Source: Legionellaceae bacterium
GTDB lineage: Bacteria; Pseudomonadota; Gammaproteobacteria; Legionellales; Legionellaceae
Length of the DNA: 64,000 bases
Direction: 5' to 3'
Assembly: GCA_018061965.1 (NCBI GenBank)
Contig: JAGOTG010000001.1
Location: 16,155 to 80,154 of the forward strand
Position 1 is the first letter of the stretch. Every line of letters starts with the position of its first letter. Below are positions 10,647-20,107 of the stretch, one piece after another. The notes under the pieces were generated by a model, which searched no databases, was not told where the DNA came from, and saw only the letters and a list, made by a program, of their open reading frames with translations. The translations under genes and the position numbers were made by a program.

Positions 10647-11156
10647 ATGCTTAAATTAGAAAAATCTGATTTAAATCAAAAATTCGCGGTCAGATTGCGC
10701 GATGCGCTATTGGCAAAAGGCTACCATTCGTCGCGGAGTCCTTCCGGGGTGCATGTCCAGAAATTTGCAGATTTAACTGGGCATTCTTTGCAAATTTGCC
10801 GTAAGTATTTGCGTGGTCAAGCCATTCCAGAATCACCAAAATTAATGGAAATTGCAGCGCATCTAGAGGTCTCGCCTGGTTGGTTATTATTTGGAGACTG
10901 CCATGGCCAGACGCATGGGCAAGCCAATAAAATTACGATTAATAAGGAGCTGCTGCATTACATTTTTGTCCATGTTTCGGCTTTGCACCAGCCACAACCC
11001 GCGCAAGCTGAATTTTGCTCACAATTTTTTATGACGCTCACCCAAGATATTAGTCAGATTTCTGATAATGTGGAGCAATCCAAAAAAATCATAGATTTAG
11101 CTGTGTCAGCAGCTCATAAATCAACAATCTCATCTCCGTCTTTGCGAGCAAAGTGA
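10647..11156 (+). CDS. XRE/Cro-C1-type helix-turn-helix transcriptional regulator
   Basis: The HTH_3-like segment is FAVRLRDALLAKGY...VHVQKFADLTGHSLQICRKYLRGQAIPESPKLMEIAAHLEVSPGWLLFGD. The track ORF starts at a TTG at 10392, but the HTH domain normally lies at the N-terminus. I therefore prefer the ATG at 10647 (or 10638). Confidence 0.6.
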   Translation: MLKLEKSDLNQKFAVRLRDALLAKGYHSSRSPSGVHVQKFADLTGHSLQICRKYLRGQAIPESPKLMEIAAHLEVSPGWLLFGDCHGQTHGQANKITINKELLHYIFVHVSALHQPQPAQAEFCSQFFMTLTQDISQISDNVEQSKKIIDLAVSAAHKSTISSPSLRAK

Positions 11157-11312
11157 TCCAGTGACTGATACCAATGCCTAAGCTCACTGGATTGCTTCGC
11201 TAATGCTCGCAACGTGTCCTCGATCAGCCCTGTTCCCATAGCAACTTTTTGCACAAATTATGGTATACTCGTCTATAGTATAGTTACTATAAATCATGAA
11301 GGGCAGTAGAAA

Positions 11313-12239
11313 ATGAGTGCAAAGCATATTTTCTTGGCAATTATGACCGCTGCGATCTGGGGTTGTAATTTTATTTTTATTTCGATGGCACTGGTCGATT
11401 TGCCGCCTTATCTGCTGTGCGCACTGCGTTTTTTCTTTTCTTGTTTTCCAGCGATATTCTTTCTGCCTAAGCCCAATGTGAGTTTTAAATTGATTATGGG
11501 GTATGGGCTGTTGATGTTTGGTGTTCAATTTGCTTTGCTGTTTGCGGGCATGTATGCAGGGATGCCGCCTGGTTTGACGTCGTTGGTATTCCAATCGCAA
11601 GTATTTTTTAGTTTATTTATGGCAGCCATTTTTTTAGATGAAATACCCAGTCCTTTGCAATTGATTGGTTCGGTGGTTTCTTTTGCTGGTTTGGGCGTAG
11701 TGTGGGTCAATTATACCGATGCTGCAAGCTGGGTGGGCTTTGCTTTAATCATTGGCGCGGCGGCGGCAATGGGTGGCGGTAATTTGTTTTCGCGTAAATT
11801 GGCGCATGTGAATTCATACTCTGTGGTTGCTTGGGGAAGTCTCTTCTCTTTGCCGTTATTGATTCCGCTGAGTTTGTATATGGAAGGCCCCACTGTGATC
11901 GCTCAAAGTTTAACCCACGTCTCTTGGACCACCGTGGGTGCATTGTGCTTTACCGTGTATATTTCAACTTGGATAGGATATGGTGCCTGGAATCAATTGC
12001 TGCGGCAATATTCGATTGCAGCCGTGATTCCGTTTACTTTATTGGTGCCCGTTTTTGGAATCATATTTTCGCATATGGCACTGGGTGAACCCATCCAACA
12101 TTGGAAGCTCTTATCTGCATGGTTGATCATTTGCGGATTGGGCATCAATGTTTTAGGCAGTCGGCTCCTATTGCGTCGTCAAAGATCTCTGGAAACCATC
12201 GCGACAGATGTTACCGATGCGCCAGTGAAGGCTGTGTGA
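11313..12239 (+). CDS. EamA/DMT-family permease (10-TM drug/metabolite exporter)
   Basis: This 308-aa protein has a duplicated 5-TM pattern. Its N-terminus MSAKHIFLAIMTAAIWGCNFIFI is typical of EamA-like transporters. Confidence 0.8.
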   Translation: MSAKHIFLAIMTAAIWGCNFIFISMALVDLPPYLLCALRFFFSCFPAIFFLPKPNVSFKLIMGYGLLMFGVQFALLFAGMYAGMPPGLTSLVFQSQVFFSLFMAAIFLDEIPSPLQLIGSVVSFAGLGVVWVNYTDAASWVGFALIIGAAAAMGGGNLFSRKLAHVNSYSVVAWGSLFSLPLLIPLSLYMEGPTVIAQSLTHVSWTTVGALCFTVYISTWIGYGAWNQLLRQYSIAAVIPFTLLVPVFGIIFSHMALGEPIQHWKLLSAWLIICGLGINVLGSRLLLRRQRSLETIATDVTDAPVKAV

Positions 12240-12347
12240 CCCTAGCCACTCCCTCCCTGACGGTCATGCCTCTGTAGAGGTTATTTGCAATTTCGCATAT
12301 TGCAGCTAACATCAATAATGAGGGTAACCGCACATCTCAAGGAGACT

Positions 12348-12923
12348 ATGATGGCCAGAGTAGCAAAAGCACCTGCAAAGAGAAAAAAAGCAGTCCCGAC
12401 AACGGCGCGTAATTGGTCTTGGTTATTGGGATTAGGCGTATTGTTTGTTGTTTTTGGATTTTTGGGATTGGGCTCAGTGGTAGGGGTCACGTTAATTAGC
12501 ATTGTGTTTATTGGATTTATGTTTTTGATAGCGGGTGTTTTACAGTTCGTTGATGGTTTTAAAAGCAGACAATGGGCTCCAGCAGTTTGGCATGGTCTGA
12601 TTGCAATCATGTATTTCATCGGGGGTTGTTTTATCATTTGGGATCCGGTGTTGGCTTCTACCGTCATCACTGCACTGATTGGTTGGACGCTTGTGGTCAT
12701 TGGGCTCATACGCTTGGTGATGTCGATTTCGTTGCATGGCACAAAAGGATGGGTGTTTACTTTGATTGCCAGTTTGGCGGCCATCATCCTTGGGGGCGTC
12801 ATTTTAATGCAATGGCCTCTGTCTAGCTTGTGGGTGATCGGCATGTTTATTTCTATAGAGTTGATGCTCAATGGTTTGAGTTATATCGTTATGGCGCTAG
12901 CAATGCGCAGTCAACTGAAGTAG
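12348..12923 (+). CDS. HdeD/DUF308-like small integral membrane protein
   Basis: It has six evenly spaced hydrophobic helices with a GxxxG-rich pattern (GLGVLFVVFGFLGLGSVVG...). The preferred start is the ATG at 12348, preceded by AAGGAG. The antisense 196-aa ORF is low-complexity. Confidence 0.6.
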   Translation: MMARVAKAPAKRKKAVPTTARNWSWLLGLGVLFVVFGFLGLGSVVGVTLISIVFIGFMFLIAGVLQFVDGFKSRQWAPAVWHGLIAIMYFIGGCFIIWDPVLASTVITALIGWTLVVIGLIRLVMSISLHGTKGWVFTLIASLAAIILGGVILMQWPLSSLWVIGMFISIELMLNGLSYIVMALAMRSQLK

Positions 12924-12952
12924 CCGCAGAAACTATCTAGAACCGCTCAAGT

Positions 12953-13007
12953 AAACGTCAGATTTGGGTGCATCTTGAACGAAAAGATGCGCTCAAATCT
13001 GACGTTT
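12953..13007 (+). terminator. Long hairpin (24-bp stem, 7-nt loop) about 30 nt downstream of the HdeD-like gene
   Basis: aaacgtcagatttgggtgcatctt-gaacgaa-aagatgcgctcaaatctgacgttt pairs at 22 Watson-Crick positions plus 2 G.U. The G.U pairs form only in the plus-strand RNA. There is no long U tract (only UUU), so this is not a textbook intrinsic terminator. Confidence 0.45.
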
Positions 13008-13068
13008 CACGAGAATCGAGATTTGTGTTGTATCCATACGGCTTTACAGGGTTTTTGTGTGTTTATTA

Positions 13069-13097
13069 TTGACAGAATACCAAAAAAAAGATATTAT
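13069..13097 (+). promoter_or_regulatory. Near-consensus sigma70 promoter for the 13166 orphan gene
   Basis: TTGACA (13069-13074), a 17-nt spacer, then TATTAT (13092-13097). Confidence 0.5.
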
Positions 13098-13165
13098 GTT
13101 GCACAATTTATGTTTTTTTTGGATAAAAAAAGTTGTTTGCGAAAGCAGAAGATCCTTATTCAAAC

Positions 13166-14302
13166 ATGATGGTTGCGCTTCTATCAGAGATGCGGCGGTT
13201 GGTTTATGAACGAGCCAATCTTACGCCTCATGTCGGTCAGCGTTTTTACCTAGATGCTTTGGTCGCAGTATTGGGCAAAACCCGCGAACATATCCCAAAT
13301 TTTTTTCCTTCAGTAGATACCAAAGAAAAAGAACGCATTGTTCGTTCGTTTATGGTTAATTATGACCTTATTCATATCGATCATGAAGCCGCAGTGTCCA
13401 TGCGGACAGGCCTAAAAACTGATGCCGCTCTGACGGCTGATGCCATTACTCGGTTTTATGAGGGAAACGCTCGCTATCGGTTAGGTAATGCAAGATCGCC
13501 TCTGACGGGCGTAAAAGCCAGTGAAAATATGACAGATCCAGGCACTGCGGCGCCTGTGCTTGCCCGATTGTATCGAGAAAATATTCGGTGTCCGCAACGT
13601 GACACGCAATCACCGCATGCCATTGTTTTATATAAAAAGGTACTACACCATTATAATTTTACTAATCCAGATGCGCCCACGTTTACTCCAATTGCGATAG
13701 ATTTTAACAATAGGACGGAGGCAGGACAAAATCGACAAAAAGCGTATAAAAGCTTGATGGACAAATTAGTCAGTCTCCCTACAGATCATATTTATAGGGC
13801 GGAGCGAGAACGAGAATGGATGGAAACTTTGCTTGTTAATGTTCCCAAAGATAGAACATGGCGGCACATTAATCTGCGCTTGGTGATGGAGTTTTTAGCA
13901 AAATTTGAGCCGATTTTAAACAAGATTGCTCAAGATTGGGCTGACACAAAAAAAGGGATGTTGTGGTTGGCCATTATGGCGGTACTGCTGATGGGGGGGC
14001 TTTATTTACTGGGGGTCTTGTTATCCTGGGCTAAAATTGTGGTGCTGGTTCAATTTGCAATGCTGCCTGTACTGGCTGCAGGGGTTTTTGGGCTTGGGAT
14101 CGCTGCATACTGTTATGTTCAAGAAAAGTTTTATCAGAAGATGCTGGCGGATTTTACTCAGATTGATTACGAAAAAACTTACCCAGCGGGTAATTTACAA
14201 CCCGAGCAATCATTCTCTGTGAAAAAATCGTTAGCTACTTTCTTTAAAGATCATCAGGCAATATTAGCGCCTGCTTTCCCTGCTCCCGCTCATCATGTAT
14301 GA
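13166..14302 (+). CDS. Hypothetical protein with a C-terminal pair of long hydrophobic helices (effector-like orphan)
   Basis: This is a 378-aa ORF counted from the ATG at 13166; the track starts at the TTG at 13133. The N-terminal ~270 aa are soluble. They are followed by MLWLAIMAVLLMGGLYLLGVLLSW and VLVQFAMLPVLAAGVFGLGIAAYCY. I recognise no family. Confidence 0.6.
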   Translation: MMVALLSEMRRLVYERANLTPHVGQRFYLDALVAVLGKTREHIPNFFPSVDTKEKERIVRSFMVNYDLIHIDHEAAVSMRTGLKTDAALTADAITRFYEGNARYRLGNARSPLTGVKASENMTDPGTAAPVLARLYRENIRCPQRDTQSPHAIVLYKKVLHHYNFTNPDAPTFTPIAIDFNNRTEAGQNRQKAYKSLMDKLVSLPTDHIYRAEREREWMETLLVNVPKDRTWRHINLRLVMEFLAKFEPILNKIAQDWADTKKGMLWLAIMAVLLMGGLYLLGVLLSWAKIVVLVQFAMLPVLAAGVFGLGIAAYCYVQEKFYQKMLADFTQIDYEKTYPAGNLQPEQSFSVKKSLATFFKDHQAILAPAFPAPAHHV

Positions 14303-14431
14303 GTGTTTTCCGTCCAATTATTGGACAAGCAATGTCCATTCTAGGTGTTTTACGTACAAGGCTCTTGAAAGTTATTGATAATCATTCTCATTTGCGCTAG
14401 GATACGGCAAAAAATAACGAGAACATATATT

Positions 14432-17134
14432 ATGCATTCTTTATCTTCTGAACTGGTCCGCCCATCTGCCATCACGCTCGATCGACGCGCTTATCCTACC
14501 TATGATCGATGGGCCATTGTTATAGAAGTATCTGCCTGGGTTTTGGCCATAAGTGCCAGTATGATTCTTGGGTTGCTCAGTTTTTCTGGGATGTTGGCAA
14601 TCTGGCCCGTACTTCCTTTGGCATTTGCAGCGTTCCTTTTTGCGATTGTGATTGAAGGGCAAATATATTTAGATAATATGCGTAGCTCGTTAGAAAAGCT
14701 CAGTGATCCCAAAGCGTATGAACATCAGTTATCAGCTTTATATTTGCAAGAAAAATTGGTCAACTATGACAAAAATCGCGATTTATTTATATTGAACGAA
14801 CCGACTGAAGACAATATAAGGCGGGTACGTGAACACAATGAAGTCGTGGTGTTTAAAAAAGACCGCCATTATGCAATAGGGTTTCGTAATCTTAACGGGG
14901 AGTATGAACAAAGGGATTTGGTGGATGCCGAGCAAAATAAGTTTTTAGCGCATTATTCGCAAAAAGAACAATTTATGGAAATCCCAGGACATCACGATCT
15001 GATTCAAAATATTTTACGCAGTTTTGATGGACAAATTTCAGATAGACCGCAAGAGCAGTATCCCGTATTGGTTCATGCATATGTTTCCCAATGCCGTTAT
15101 CTGCGCAAATTGAATTGTTATTTGCACACTCAGGTCGAAAATGAAGCCAGTCAAAATGACTTGAAGAATATGAACCTTCATTTGACGAAACTATCAGAGG
15201 ATATGAGCGAGTATTTGTTCCATGATGTGTCAAGAGATGAGACAGCCGCTCACATTCCTTTTGATTTATGGAATACGGGTAAAAAATATAGTCTGGATTT
15301 AGAAACCATGACTGTTGCAGCAGATGCGGTAGTAGCCAAATCCAAATCCAGATCCAAGACGTACTTTTCGGCATTCAATTCTAGCACTTTCAACAAAGAA
15401 CTCAGGACACCCGCTTTGTTGGAACTCAAAGTGGCTATAGAAGACAATTTGTCATCAGAGGAAGCTACTAGTCTAAGTGTTCAAACGATTGAGGAGCTTG
15501 AGCAGCAGCTTAAGTTTGCGCGCAGCCAATTAATAGTCTTTTCAGAAGAGGAAGCGCATCGCAGGAATGAAAGGAAGAGCGTGCTTGAGCCGATGCTTTG
15601 TGATGCGAGGGAAGTTAGAAGCGCGGAAAATAAAGACGGGTATAAGGAGAATAAGGAGCTTGATAAGTCGATTGAGTTGATGCGTACAGAATTAGATGAT
15701 CTTCTGCAGGCTACGGTGAGCAGACGGATAAGTCGGCTCGAACAACATATTTCGGATAGAACAGCAAAAGAAGATCGTGAGCGTACAAAGTTAGCATTAG
15801 TCGCGATGCTTGGTGAAAAAACGTATGAGTATCATCGAAATAAATTAATCGAATGGATCGCACCGGATAAAGCGGACTGGGAAAAGCGTCTCACGAAGCA
15901 TACGATTAATTCCCGCATTGCGTTTGTGATCGCTGCCTTTTCTGGTCTGATCATGGGTATCGGGACCACTTATCTCATTATGGAAGCGGTGGCGGTGATT
16001 CCTTGGTTGATGATCCTTCCTCTCAGTTTGTTTCCTCCTGTGATTGGACCTTTGGCTCTGATAGCCGGTGCGGCTTATGGGTTGTTGATATACAATTCGT
16101 TGACGGATATTTTGCTGGATAATCCTGCCAAAAAATTTATTGATAGAATAAGAGCGATCTCCACACAAGAGATGACTTTCAAAAGAGTCCTGATACTAAG
16201 TCTGAGCCTAGTGTTATTTTTGGTTACAATTTTTCTTACGATGTGTACAGCAGGGACTTGGCTGACGGTGTTTCACAAAACCAAACCTTTGTTTACTTGG
16301 ATCAGTGTTATTCCCAATGTTTTGTTAAATATTATTATTCCGATTTTAATTGGTATTTCGGTACTGCCATTTAGTTTCCAAAGCGTTTCCAACACGTTGG
16401 AAGGATTAGAAGCGAATCCGAGTCTGGATCGGGCAATCAACGCGCTTAATCCGCGAAATTGGCGTGCTCCAACAGGGCGGTTGCCGCATACGTGGGCCGA
16501 GGCTTCAGAGTGGTTATCCGAGAGGATGTGGCAACATTGGGTTCCCGATTTTTTGGGTATCACCGCAGCTGAATTTGCGCTTGAAACCGATATGCAAAAG
16601 AAAAACCCCTATCGGATTATGTATCGGCTGTTTTTTGAGCCTCTGCGCAACTTTATCTTTATTGGTCATTTGGTGAGTGCTGGTGCGACGTCGGACCAAA
16701 TCGAAGGACATGTGTGGCTCTCTTTTTGGCTTAATTTCTGGTTTGAATGTGTTGAAGATTGGGACTGGATTTGGGGTCGTGCGCATGTGGATGATATTGA
16801 CACGGTCGATTTACTCAAAGAGCGTGCGCAAAAAACTGATGATCATAATCATGATAAAAATTTACCGATGCGCCTGCTTAAGTTTGTCTTCGAACCGATT
16901 TTGCAACGTGCTGCACAATGGGATAATAAGTATCGCAATGTTGCGCGTCGCGATGTTGATAATGTTCAAAAACGCTACGAAAAAATACAGGGTCTCCAGC
17001 CAGAAAAGCCTGCACCAGTGATACCGGCGTATCGCAAAGGGGCCGATTTCAATTTATTTTTATTTAAATCGAGTATGTATGAATCTTCCGCATCGCTCAG
17101 AGATGATTGCTGCGCGCCGAAGAGGGCTATGTGA
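14432..17134 (+). CDS. Very large membrane/coiled-coil protein (about 900 aa), hypothetical and effector-like
   Basis: The ATG at 14432 gives MHSLSSELVRPS. An N-terminal bilobed hydrophobic hairpin (VSAWVLAISASMILGLLSFSGMLAIWPVLPLAFAAFLFAIVIEG) is followed by a ~430-aa charged, coiled-coil-like middle. A cluster of about 5-6 TM helices comes next (RIAFVIAAFSGLIMGIG ... ILIGISVLPFSF), then a Trp-rich C-domain. I recognise no family. Confidence 0.7.
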   Translation: MHSLSSELVRPSAITLDRRAYPTYDRWAIVIEVSAWVLAISASMILGLLSFSGMLAIWPVLPLAFAAFLFAIVIEGQIYLDNMRSSLEKLSDPKAYEHQLSALYLQEKLVNYDKNRDLFILNEPTEDNIRRVREHNEVVVFKKDRHYAIGFRNLNGEYEQRDLVDAEQNKFLAHYSQKEQFMEIPGHHDLIQNILRSFDGQISDRPQEQYPVLVHAYVSQCRYLRKLNCYLHTQVENEASQNDLKNMNLHLTKLSEDMSEYLFHDVSRDETAAHIPFDLWNTGKKYSLDLETMTVAADAVVAKSKSRSKTYFSAFNSSTFNKELRTPALLELKVAIEDNLSSEEATSLSVQTIEELEQQLKFARSQLIVFSEEEAHRRNERKSVLEPMLCDAREVRSAENKDGYKENKELDKSIELMRTELDDLLQATVSRRISRLEQHISDRTAKEDRERTKLALVAMLGEKTYEYHRNKLIEWIAPDKADWEKRLTKHTINSRIAFVIAAFSGLIMGIGTTYLIMEAVAVIPWLMILPLSLFPPVIGPLALIAGAAYGLLIYNSLTDILLDNPAKKFIDRIRAISTQEMTFKRVLILSLSLVLFLVTIFLTMCTAGTWLTVFHKTKPLFTWISVIPNVLLNIIIPILIGISVLPFSFQSVSNTLEGLEANPSLDRAINALNPRNWRAPTGRLPHTWAEASEWLSERMWQHWVPDFLGITAAEFALETDMQKKNPYRIMYRLFFEPLRNFIFIGHLVSAGATSDQIEGHVWLSFWLNFWFECVEDWDWIWGRAHVDDIDTVDLLKERAQKTDDHNHDKNLPMRLLKFVFEPILQRAAQWDNKYRNVARRDVDNVQKRYEKIQGLQPEKPAPVIPAYRKGADFNLFLFKSSMYESSASLRDDCCAPKRAM

Positions 17135-17145
17135 GGATAGAGGTT

Positions 17146-17901
17146 TTACATTGAGGGTTTGTTTTGAGACTCATCATCCTCAACTTCGACTTTATTAAAA
17201 CCACATATTTGGGCGATAAAATTCATGATCTTAGTGATGAAATCAATCGGTCTTAGTACGGGCTCGAGATCAGCGCGGCCCACACTGATTTTATTGCTTT
17301 TGACGGTGATGACTGGATCAGACGCATCGCCCTTAAAATTAAAATGGAGTGTTCCTTCTGCTTTGATGACATAAGGTTTTGCTGCTGTAGTGTCAGTGTC
17401 AGGGTCAGGTTTCAATTCTTTGTACGCTTTGCCTAGGGTGCAGGTAACTTGCTTTACTTCAACCAATTCTTGAATCGTAAGTCCTTCTGAACTGACGGTG
17501 ATGTTCATGTGTTTGACGCTTGTCTTGTCATCTGGGGTCAGTCCATAGCCATCATTTTTGCCTGCTTCCATTAAAGTATAAGTTAGCGTGTTCGAAACCG
17601 GATACATAAAACCTTGTTGCTGAAAGTGACTTGCTAGGTACGTTAAGACGGCTTGTTTTTGGCCGTCTGGCAGCCCCAATTTTTGATAGAATTCTTTATC
17701 AAAAAACTCAATAACACCCTCATCACTTTTAAAATACTCGCGGAAAGTAGATAAAGGTTGGCCATTCAAATATACATTGGGCTCGTTGGAAAGACGTTCC
17801 CAATCACTAGCTAGGTTTGCACTCGCATTTTGTCTATTTTCTTTACTTCCAATTGGAAGATAACTCGATACACTATCGAAAAAATGGACTTTTTTTACCA
17901 T
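17146..17901 (-). CDS. Hypothetical soluble protein with an acidic C-terminus (effector-like orphan)
   Basis: This 251-aa ORF has a clean ATG and no TM or signal sequence. Its C-terminus is ...FNKVEVEDDESQNKPSM. It is convergent with the 900-aa gene, with an 11-nt gap. Confidence 0.65.
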   Translation of the reverse strand: MVKKVHFFDSVSSYLPIGSKENRQNASANLASDWERLSNEPNVYLNGQPLSTFREYFKSDEGVIEFFDKEFYQKLGLPDGQKQAVLTYLASHFQQQGFMYPVSNTLTYTLMEAGKNDGYGLTPDDKTSVKHMNITVSSEGLTIQELVEVKQVTCTLGKAYKELKPDPDTDTTAAKPYVIKAEGTLHFNFKGDASDPVITVKSNKISVGRADLEPVLRPIDFITKIMNFIAQICGFNKVEVEDDESQNKPSM

Positions 17902-18113
17902 GATAAATCCCGAGATTTAAGAGTTGATACTTAATTATAGTACATAAAATACACTTAAAGAAAAATGTTTTTGCAATTAATCCCGTTTTACTTCGGTATG
18001 AACGGAGTGCGTAGTGTTTAAGTAAGAGCTCATAACTTGGGGCCATTAGGACAAGATCGACTATGGACAGGTAGCTCGGGTGGTACCCATCTTAAGGATG
18101 TAGACACATCCAA

Positions 18114-20102
18114 TCAAATGAGCAAATTTTTCAAAGTGGATAAATGAGATTGAGCCAGGGCTTTGGATTTAGTGGGGTCTCGATGTTCTTTGCCATGCCA
18201 TTCTAAATGGTCGGCAGGTAATTCTTCTAAAAAACGACTGGGCGTGGTGACTTGGTTTTCGCCGCCGCTGCGGCGTTGGCGAGCTAAGCTCAAGGTTAAG
18301 ACTTGTTTGGCTCGGGTAATCCCTACGTACGCCAAACGTCGCTCTTCTTCAATTTGATCCGTCTCAATACTCACTCTATGGGGGAGAATGCCTTCTTCCA
18401 TGCCGACCAAATACACACAAGGAAATTCTAGGCCTTTGGCTGCGTGGAGCGTCATTAATTGGACACCGCTTGCCTCGGTATCGTCATTATTGTCCAAGCG
18501 GTCGATTAACAGCATCGTAGCGAGCGCGTCTGAAAGCGTTGATTCGGGTTTTTTCTGGATCTGAGCGTTGACCCAATCCAATAGTTGCCAAACATTGTCC
18601 ATCTTTTTTTGTGCTTGTTGGGGTTGGTCGCTACTTGCATACACATGGGTTTCATACCCGAATGTGTCTAACATATCGCGTAATATGACAGTCATATCTC
18701 CAGACTCGGTTTCAAGTCGTTGTTGGCAACGTAAAATGGTTTGTTTGAATTGAGCTAGAATAGCACGTGGTTTTTCGGGTAAATATTCGCTTAAAGCGAT
18801 GTGATCCGCGCATTGGAATAAAGATTGTCCGCGGGATTTGGCATAATCGCCCAAAGAACTTAAAGTCGTCGCGCCGATGCCACGTTTTGGGGTGGTGACT
18901 GCGCGAATAAAAGCGGCATCGTCGGCTGCATTGCAGATCAATTTTAAATAAGCCAAGCAATCTTTGATTTCTACCCGAGCAAACCAGGATTGCCCTCCGC
19001 TGATATGATAAGTGATTCCTTGAGCGCGAAGGAGGGTTTCAAACAAGCGAGCCTGATGATTGCCTCGATAAAGAATGGCATAATCTTCTAGTGGGCGACC
19101 TTGGCGTAATTTATGACTAATGAGATCGGCAACCACTAATTCCGCCTCATCCTGTTCATCGCGACACGCCAACACGCGTATCTCTTCGCCGGGTCCATAT
19201 TCTGACCAGAGTTTTTTAGGAAATGGTTTGGGATTGTGGGCAATCAAATGATTGGCCAAATGTAAAATTTTTCCGGAAGAACGATAGTTTTGTTCTAAAG
19301 TGATAATATTTAATTGCGGAAAATCTCGTTGTAAATGTTGTAAATTTTCCGGCCTAGCCCCGCGCCAAGCATAAATAGACTGGTCGTCATCCCCCACTGC
19401 CGTAAAACACGCCCTGTCTCCTACCAAGGCTCGCAGCAATACGTATTGGCTGTTATTCGAGTCTTGATATTCATCGACTAAAATGTGGCGGAATTTCTGT
19501 TGCCAGGGGATTAATGCTTCGGGGTTTTCGCGAAATAGCCATACAGGAAGCGCAATCAAATCATCAAAATCAACGGCATTGTACGCACGTAATGTCGTTT
19601 CATAATGTTGGTATAAATTTTTAGCGGCTAAATTATTTGCGGACGAAGGCACGTCATCCGGCCGCAAAAGTTCGGATTTCCAGAAAGAAATCTGTTGTTG
19701 AACTTGTTCCAGTTCTTTGCGATCTTGGCCCAGATTTTCGGAAACCAAAGAGCGTAAAATTTGCAAGCAATCTTCTGCATCAAAAATAGAAAAATGTGCA
19801 GTGAGGCCGCAGTGCTGCCCAGCCTTTTTTAAAATCATATGACCTAAGGCATGAAAGGTGGTGATCACAATACCGCGGCGTTGAGGGGCAGGAATGAGCG
19901 CATGCAATCGATGTTGCATTTCACGTGCTGCTTTATTGGTAAAGGTTAGTGCGCAAATATTGTTTGCTGCATATTGGCAGTGTTCGATAAGATAGGCTAT
20001 TTTTTCAGTAATAACTCGGGTTTTGCCGCTTCCTGCCCCGGCTAAAACCAACAGAGGACCTTCAATATAACGGACTGCCGTTTTTTGTGGCGCATTCAAC
20101 AT
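18114..20102 (-). CDS. rep: ATP-dependent DNA helicase Rep (UvrD/Rep superfamily 1)
   Basis: This 662-aa protein starts MLNAPQKTAVRYIEGPLLVLAGAGSGKTRVITEKIAYLIEH and contains TFTNKAAREM. Its length and N-terminus are closer to Rep than to UvrD. Confidence 0.88.
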   Translation of the reverse strand: MLNAPQKTAVRYIEGPLLVLAGAGSGKTRVITEKIAYLIEHCQYAANNICALTFTNKAAREMQHRLHALIPAPQRRGIVITTFHALGHMILKKAGQHCGLTAHFSIFDAEDCLQILRSLVSENLGQDRKELEQVQQQISFWKSELLRPDDVPSSANNLAAKNLYQHYETTLRAYNAVDFDDLIALPVWLFRENPEALIPWQQKFRHILVDEYQDSNNSQYVLLRALVGDRACFTAVGDDDQSIYAWRGARPENLQHLQRDFPQLNIITLEQNYRSSGKILHLANHLIAHNPKPFPKKLWSEYGPGEEIRVLACRDEQDEAELVVADLISHKLRQGRPLEDYAILYRGNHQARLFETLLRAQGITYHISGGQSWFARVEIKDCLAYLKLICNAADDAAFIRAVTTPKRGIGATTLSSLGDYAKSRGQSLFQCADHIALSEYLPEKPRAILAQFKQTILRCQQRLETESGDMTVILRDMLDTFGYETHVYASSDQPQQAQKKMDNVWQLLDWVNAQIQKKPESTLSDALATMLLIDRLDNNDDTEASGVQLMTLHAAKGLEFPCVYLVGMEEGILPHRVSIETDQIEEERRLAYVGITRAKQVLTLSLARQRRSGGENQVTTPSRFLEELPADHLEWHGKEHRDPTKSKALAQSHLSTLKNLLI

Positions 20103-20107
20103 AGGGT

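Noticed and set aside
12281-12871. 196-aa minus-strand ORF antisense to the HdeD-like gene
   Set aside because: Its translation is low-complexity and rich in N, P and T. The plus-strand frame gives a regular 6-helix membrane protein with a good SD, so the antisense ORF is most likely a shadow frame.
10163-17901. A tRNA-Val-anchored genomic island covering the XRE regulator and the orphan genes
   Set aside because: The tRNA 3' end faces thrS, not the accessory genes. There is no integrase, and I found no direct repeat of the tRNA 3' end downstream.
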